NCBI GenBank assembly: GCA_046484865.1
Contig: JAWOID010000103.1
Span: 1-64,000, forward strand
DNA from: Candidatus Krumholzibacteriia bacterium
GTDB lineage: Bacteria; Krumholzibacteriota; Krumholzibacteriia; LZORAL124-64-63
Direction of reading: 5' to 3'
Length of the DNA: 64,000 bases
The notes under the pieces were generated by a model. The model saw nothing but the letters and a program-made list of their open reading frames with translations, was not told where the DNA came from and made no database searches. Shown here piece by piece: positions 58,824-64,000 of the stretch (position 1 is its first letter; each line of letters opens with the position of its first letter). The translations under genes and the position numbers were made by a program.

Positions 58824-61376
58824 GTGTCTGCCATCCGGATGACCTCGCGCCGGTCGCACGGCGCGGTTCCGAAATCGTTCCCGCGCCCATCCCCTTGCTT
58901 GCTGCCGGTCTTCGTGCTGCTGACGCTGCTTCCGCTCGTGTTCCTGGGCACTCCGCCGACGGCGGCGGGGCAGGATCTTCCGCCCGAGTTGCTCGAAGAG
59001 GCGATGCGGCGCACGGGCCTTGGTCGCGAGGAGCTGTTGCGGCGGTACCGCGCCCAGATGCAAGGCGATCCGGCCGAGACAGCCGGCGGTGATCCGGCCG
59101 GGGCTGCCGGCGGCGCTCCGGACGAGCCCGGCCGCACCGCACTCGGCGACATCGACGACAGCCGACCCGGCGGCGCAGGGTCGGCTGCGGCCCGAGCCGT
59201 TCCGCCGGCGGCGAGTCGCCCCGGCGGCCGCAGCGAGGAGTCGTACTGGGGCGGTGCCCCGCAGGTGGTCCTTCCCGGCGGCGGCCTCGATGCCGGCGCC
59301 GTCGCGGACGACCGGCAGTTTCTGGAGGACGAGACGGCGGGGCAGTCGCCGGCCGTCTTCGGCGCCGAATTCTTCCGACTGGACGCCGGCATGTTCGAGC
59401 CCCCCTCCTTCGGTCCGGCGCCGCCGGACTATCTGGTGGGCGTGGGGGACGAGATCGTGGTGGACGTCTGGGGCGAGGTGGAGTTCCGGGTCACCCGGGT
59501 GGTGGACCGCGACGGCACCATCATCCTGCCCCGGGGCGGCAAGATCATCGCCCAGAACCGCACCCTCGAGCAGCTCGAGCGGGCGGTGCGCGAGAAGCTG
59601 GCGCGGTCGTACTCGGGCATCTCGCTCGATCCCGGTGAGGGCAGCATCTTCCTCGACGTGTCGCTGGGTTCGCTGCGCTCGATCCGGGTGTTCGTGGTGG
59701 GCGACGCGCGGCGGCCCGGCAGCTACGAACTGAGCAGCGTGAGCACCATCTTCAGCGCTCTGTACGCGGCGGGCGGACCGGCCCGCGCGGGCAGCATGCG
59801 TGAGATCCGGCTCGTGCGCGGCCAGACCGAGGTGGGCCGCCTCGATCTGTACGACTACCTGCTGGGCGGGCGTCGCGAGGGAGACGTTCTGCTGCGCGAC
59901 GGCGACACGGTCTACATCCCGCCGCGCGGCGCCACCGTACGCACCGCCGGCGAGCTGCGGCGGACGCTCCTGTTCGAGCTGCAGCCGGAGGAGGGTTATG
60001 CGGACCTGCTGCGCTTCGCCGGCGGTTACACGCCGGCGGCGGCGCTGGGGAACGCGCACGTGCTGCGCATCGTGCCCCCCGAGTTCCGCGCACCGCGCGC
60101 GCCCGATCGAGTCTGGGTGGACATCTCGCTCGACAGCGCCAGCGGGCTGCCGGCGGACCCCACGGCGGGCCTGCTCTACGACGGCGACGTGGTGACGGTG
60201 GGCGCCATCGAGGACCGGCTCGAGAACTACGTGGAGATCGTCGGCAACGTGAAGCGCGCCGGCCGCTATCAGCACCGGCCGGGGATGACGGTGGCCGCTC
60301 TCGTGGCCGAGGCGGGCGGACTCTGGCCCGATACCCTGGAGGAACGGGCGGTCATCGACCGCACCGACTCGCTCGGCGTCTACGGCCAGGTGAGCTTCAG
60401 GCTGGGTGCGGTGCTGCGCGGCGAGGAGCCGCCGCTGGTCCTGCAACCCCGGGACGTTCTCCGCGTCTTCTCCCGCTGGGACGTGCAGGAGCGCCAGCAG
60501 GTGCACGTGAGCGGCGAGGTGCGGCGGCCCCTGAGCATGGACCACCGGGAGGGACTGACCCTCAGCGACCTCATCCTGCGGGCCGGTGGCCTGAAACCGG
60601 CTGCCGATCCGTTGCGGGCCGAGATCTCGCGCGTGCGCGTGGAGGCCCTGACCAGCCGCGATACCGCCGGCCCGGCGCCCAGCACCGTGGACGTGCTGAC
60701 GGTGCCCCTCACGGCGGACTACCTGGAGCGGGAGGACGGCTTTCCGCTCGAGCCTTTCGACCGCGTGGTGGTCCGGAAGCTGCCCTGGTGGGAACTGCAG
60801 CGCACGGTGAGCCTGCAGGGGGAGGTCTTCTTCCCGGGGACCTACAGCCTGGAGCGGCCCGACGAGTCCCTGTCGTCCGTGATCGCCCGCGCCGGCGGCC
60901 TCAAACCCACCGCCTACGCGCCGGGGGCGCGGGTCATCCGCGAGCAGGATGGCGTGGGCAACATCGCCTTGAATCTCATCGAGGCGCTGGTCGAGCCCGG
61001 CTCGGCGCAGGACATCATCCTGCAGCAGGGCGATCGCATCGTCATCCCGGATACCCAGTACACGGTGAAGGTCGTGGGCGAGGTCGGCTTTCCCACCAGT
61101 CTGGTCTGGCGGGGCGGTCGCGACATCGACTGGTACGTGGAGCGAGCGGGCGGCTACCTGGAAAATTCCGACAAGAGCAAGGCGCGAGTGATCCACCCCA
61201 ACGGCATGTCGCTCCCGAACAAGCGGAATGCGCGGGTGATCGCCGGTTCGACGATCGTGGTGCCGGTGAAGCCGCCCCGGGAGGGGCCGTCCCGGCTCGA
61301 GGTGGTGCGCGACATCACCGTGATGCTCGGGAGCATGGCCACGGTCTGGCTGGCGATCGATCGGGCGGTGGATTGA
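58824..61376 (+). CDS. Polysaccharide export protein (Poly_export plus multiple SLBB domains; Wza/KpsD-like)
   Basis: DYLVGVGDEI..WG, repeated V.GEV..PG.Y..AGG units, DLYDYLLGG; start uncertain. Confidence 0.88.
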   Translation: MSAIRMTSRRSHGAVPKSFPRPSPCLLPVFVLLTLLPLVFLGTPPTAAGQDLPPELLEEAMRRTGLGREELLRRYRAQMQGDPAETAGGDPAGAAGGAPDEPGRTALGDIDDSRPGGAGSAAARAVPPAASRPGGRSEESYWGGAPQVVLPGGGLDAGAVADDRQFLEDETAGQSPAVFGAEFFRLDAGMFEPPSFGPAPPDYLVGVGDEIVVDVWGEVEFRVTRVVDRDGTIILPRGGKIIAQNRTLEQLERAVREKLARSYSGISLDPGEGSIFLDVSLGSLRSIRVFVVGDARRPGSYELSSVSTIFSALYAAGGPARAGSMREIRLVRGQTEVGRLDLYDYLLGGRREGDVLLRDGDTVYIPPRGATVRTAGELRRTLLFELQPEEGYADLLRFAGGYTPAAALGNAHVLRIVPPEFRAPRAPDRVWVDISLDSASGLPADPTAGLLYDGDVVTVGAIEDRLENYVEIVGNVKRAGRYQHRPGMTVAALVAEAGGLWPDTLEERAVIDRTDSLGVYGQVSFRLGAVLRGEEPPLVLQPRDVLRVFSRWDVQERQQVHVSGEVRRPLSMDHREGLTLSDLILRAGGLKPAADPLRAEISRVRVEALTSRDTAGPAPSTVDVLTVPLTADYLEREDGFPLEPFDRVVVRKLPWWELQRTVSLQGEVFFPGTYSLERPDESLSSVIARAGGLKPTAYAPGARVIREQDGVGNIALNLIEALVEPGSAQDIILQQGDRIVIPDTQYTVKVVGEVGFPTSLVWRGGRDIDWYVERAGGYLENSDKSKARVIHPNGMSLPNKRNARVIAGSTIVVPVKPPREGPSRLEVVRDITVMLGSMATVWLAIDRAVD

Positions 61377-61436
61377 TGCGGCGGCAGCAGTGCACCCGCC
61401 GCCGCGGGCGGTCGGGCCGGGAGAGGCCGCGCAGGG

Positions 61437-62555
61437 ATGGCTAGGGTTCTGGTCGTTGCCAGCTACACGCCGTCCCTGATCAACTTCCGTGGACCGCTGC
61501 TGCGCGAACTGAAGCGCCGGGGTCACGAGGTCGTGGCCTGCTCGCCGGATCCCGATGACGTGTCGCTGGCTGAGCTGGCGGCCATGGGTATCCGGCTCTC
61601 GACCTACCCCCTCGACCGGGCCGGCTTCGATCTCGTCGCTGACCTGCGAACGAGCCGGGCCTTGCTGGCGATCATGCGGTCCGAACGCCCGGATCACGTC
61701 CTGGCTTACACGGTCAAGCCGGTGGTCTACGGTTGCCTGGCGGCTCGCCGGGCGCGGGTGCCGGCGATTCACGCGCTGATCACGGGACTCGGGACGGCGT
61801 TCCAGGGCCGGGGTCTCCGCCGGCGAGCGCTCACGGTCGTGGTCAGCGCTCTCTACCGCCGGGCACTGGCGGGCTGCACGCGCATCTTCTTCCAGAACCC
61901 CGATGACCGAGATCTCTTCGTGGAACGCCGGCTGGTCGATCCGGACCGCGCCGTCGTCGTTCCGGGTTCCGGGATCGACCTCGACCACTTCGCTCCGGTT
62001 CCCGTGGCGGTGCAGCCCCCGGTCTTTCTCATGGTGACGAGACTGATCGCGGAGAAGGGCGTGCGGGAGTACGCAGAGGCGGCGGCGCGGGTGCGGTCCG
62101 TCCATCCGGATGCAGTGTTCCGGCTCGTCGGCTACTTCGAGGATCATCCGGGGGCGATCAGCCGAAGGGAACTCGATGCGTGGTCTGAGGCTGGGGTCAT
62201 CGACTACTGCGGCCCGGCCACCGATGTGCGGCCCCACCTCGCTGCCGCCAGCGTCTATTGCCTGCCGTCCTACTACCGCGAAGGTGTACCGCGCTCGGTG
62301 CTGGAGGCGCTCGCGGTCGGTCGCCCGGTCATCACCACGGATGCCCCCGGCTGCCGCGAGACCGTCCGCCACGGCGAGAACGGTTTTCTGGTTCCGGTTC
62401 GCGATGCCGCCGCGCTGGCGGCCGCCATGAACCGTTTCTGCGTCGAGCCGCAGCTCGTTTCCCGGATGGGAGCGGCATCGCGCCGGCTGGCCGAGGAGCG
62501 CTTCGACGTCCACCAGGTGAACGATCGGATGTTGGCGGTCATGGGACTGAGCTAG
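61437..62555 (+). CDS. Glycosyltransferase family 4 (CapM/PglA-like)
   Basis: NFRGPL, YTVKPVVYG, ITGLG, FQNPDD, PSYYREGVPRSVLEA, TDAPGCRE. Confidence 0.92.
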   Translation: MARVLVVASYTPSLINFRGPLLRELKRRGHEVVACSPDPDDVSLAELAAMGIRLSTYPLDRAGFDLVADLRTSRALLAIMRSERPDHVLAYTVKPVVYGCLAARRARVPAIHALITGLGTAFQGRGLRRRALTVVVSALYRRALAGCTRIFFQNPDDRDLFVERRLVDPDRAVVVPGSGIDLDHFAPVPVAVQPPVFLMVTRLIAEKGVREYAEAAARVRSVHPDAVFRLVGYFEDHPGAISRRELDAWSEAGVIDYCGPATDVRPHLAAASVYCLPSYYREGVPRSVLEALAVGRPVITTDAPGCRETVRHGENGFLVPVRDAAALAAAMNRFCVEPQLVSRMGAASRRLAEERFDVHQVNDRMLAVMGLS

Positions 62556-62745
62556 GCTCGGTCCGAGAACCCTCTCCCGTGGCGCTGGACGCCCCTGCCG
62601 AACCTCTCGTCGAAATCGGTGAGGTCCAGACCGTCACCCGGGGCACGGCAGCGGCGGCGGCGATCGCGCGCGCGAGCGCGTGGAGCATCAGATCGTCGCC
62701 CGGATTCCGGTAGCCGTAGTAACCGATGAGCGTGAGGCGTGTCAT
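62539..62745 (-). pseudogene. N-terminal fragment of a polysaccharide pyruvyl transferase (CsaB/WcaK-like)
   Basis: LIGYYGYRNPGDDLML matches the GxYGxxNxGD N-terminal motif; only 68 codons; ATG overlaps the DegT stop. Confidence 0.7.
62552..62593 (+). repeat. Copy 2 of the dispersed CTAG-anchored element
   Basis: CTAGGCTCGGTCCGAGAACCCTCTCCCGTGGCGCTGGACGCC versus the reverse complement of 13185-13228. Confidence 0.6.
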
Positions 62746-63968
62746 GGCGCGTCGGCTGCTCTCTCGCAGAGCGGATCATGGGCGTGGCCCGGGCCGCCCG
62801 CGATCCGTTCGCCGGACGCGCGGACGATCAGGTCGCACCGGTCGTCCAGGAAACGCAGGATCCTGGCAGCCTCCGCCGGGTCGATGCGCCGGTGCGTGGG
62901 CAGATTGATCACCTGCCGGGAGATCCGGTCTGCCACGGGGCACCTGCCCGGTTCGTAGCCGAACGCCTCGCCGCTGGCGTCCGCCGGGTGGAGCGGAGCG
63001 TTGAACCAGTCGCCGATCTCGATCCGCGCAGCGCGGGCTGCGGCGAGCACTCCGTCCCGGTCGCTCACCAGCAGCGGGAAACGCAGGTGAGACGACCGGG
63101 AGCCGGCGAGAATGCGCTGGCGATGGAAGCCGTGGTTATCGGCCCAGCGTTCGTAGATCCCGGCGATGAGCGTCCGGTGCGCGCTCGCCGCCGGCAGCGC
63201 ATCGAGAGCGCCGGAGATCTGGCGCGAGCGCAGCCGGCCGAAGCGCTTCGCATAGCCGGCGGGCATGGCCGGGCCGAGCAGCTCGGCGGGCGACGACGAG
63301 CCGGACACGAATCCGCGGGCGCCCAGCCAGCGATAGGCGTCGCGGGCGGCCCAGAAGAGACCGGGCCTGAAGCAACGCCTGTACGCGGTCGTCAGGACGA
63401 GGAGCGAGAGGGACTGGAGGATCGTCGGCTCGTCGAAGGAATCGGCCACGAGCCGGCGGAGGCTCGACGCGAGAGCTGCGTCGTTGGCGCGGGCGAGCCC
63501 GCCCAGCCCGGTGGTCACTGGCTTCGACCATTGCAGGCTGCCGAAAGCGGCGTGGCCCAGCTCGCCGACCGCGCCATCGCCGGTGGCAGCGCACATGGCG
63601 TGCGCGCAGTCCTCGATGACCAGGATGCCGCGATCGCGACAGAGTTCCACCAGTCCGCGGATGTCCGCCGGCGCGCCGTAGGTGTGCTGGACGATGATGG
63701 CGCGGGTGCGTGGGCCGACCAGCGCCGCGGCACCGGCGGGATCGCCGTTGAAGGTGTCCGCCTGGACGTCGTGAAACAGGGGGCGGGCGCCGGTGTAACC
63801 GATGGCTGCCGGCACGACCACGCAGGTGTAGCCGGGCACGATCACCTCGTCGCCAGGGCCGATACCGGCGGCCTTCAGGATGGCGTAGAGCGCCACGCGG
63901 CCCTTCAGGAACGGAAACACGCTCGCACCCGGTCGCCAGATCTGTGCGGATTCGGCCTGAGACTTCAC
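62742..63968 (-). CDS. DegT/DnrJ/EryC1/StrS-family sugar aminotransferase
   Basis: GPGDEVIVPGYTC, QHTYG, IEDCAH, PLP lysine in SLQWSKP..GG, NLPTH. Confidence 0.88.
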   Translation of the reverse strand: MKSQAESAQIWRPGASVFPFLKGRVALYAILKAAGIGPGDEVIVPGYTCVVVPAAIGYTGARPLFHDVQADTFNGDPAGAAALVGPRTRAIIVQHTYGAPADIRGLVELCRDRGILVIEDCAHAMCAATGDGAVGELGHAAFGSLQWSKPVTTGLGGLARANDAALASSLRRLVADSFDEPTILQSLSLLVLTTAYRRCFRPGLFWAARDAYRWLGARGFVSGSSSPAELLGPAMPAGYAKRFGRLRSRQISGALDALPAASAHRTLIAGIYERWADNHGFHRQRILAGSRSSHLRFPLLVSDRDGVLAAARAARIEIGDWFNAPLHPADASGEAFGYEPGRCPVADRISRQVINLPTHRRIDPAEAARILRFLDDRCDLIVRASGERIAGGPGHAHDPLCERAADAP

Positions 63969-64000
63969 TCTTCCACCTCGACCGGCGCTTCCCGAGGCAG

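Overview
High-GC bacterial chromosome segment, mostly housekeeping. It is probably from an FCB-group diderm such as Latescibacterota/Krumholzibacteriota/Eisenbacteria; this is inferred from a SprA-like translocon together with an rpoN-hpf-hprK-mannose-PTS operon. Gene order: polyprenyl synthase-rsfS-argS-pfkB; a conserved hypothetical, a hidden 14-aa peptide ORF and a membrane HD-GYP; purM, a sigma54 activator, lnt, NUDIX, purN; nfnAB, folE, trxB; rplU-rpmA-kdsB-pyrG-kdsA-kdsC-kdsD; lpxL-lptC-lptB-rpoN-hpf-hprK-PTS(Man IIA-D)-ptsH-ptsI-NTP transferase-metK; a PKD lipoprotein; lptFG divergent from sprA; an M28 peptidase; rimP-nusA-L7Ae-infB-(rbfA::DHH fusion)-truB-ribF; then the start of a surface polysaccharide locus. 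The most interesting signal is at 4.2-6.9 kb. An unannotated Trp-rich peptide ORF (MLDWLLGLFSRWEW, strong SD) lies inside a ~186-nt self-complementary RNA rod with a competing 3' hairpin. It sits between a stand-alone LeuA-regulatory-like protein and a multi-TM HD-GYP phosphodiesterase, making it a candidate peptide/RNA-controlled cyclic-dinucleotide signalling module. Other notable items are a ~44-bp element repeated at two CTAG stop codons 49 kb apart, an RbfA-NrnA fusion, two sigma54 promoters and an ArgRS with NVVS in place of HIGH. No tRNA, rRNA, CRISPR array or transposase was seen. All calls are by eye; no searches or folding programs were run.
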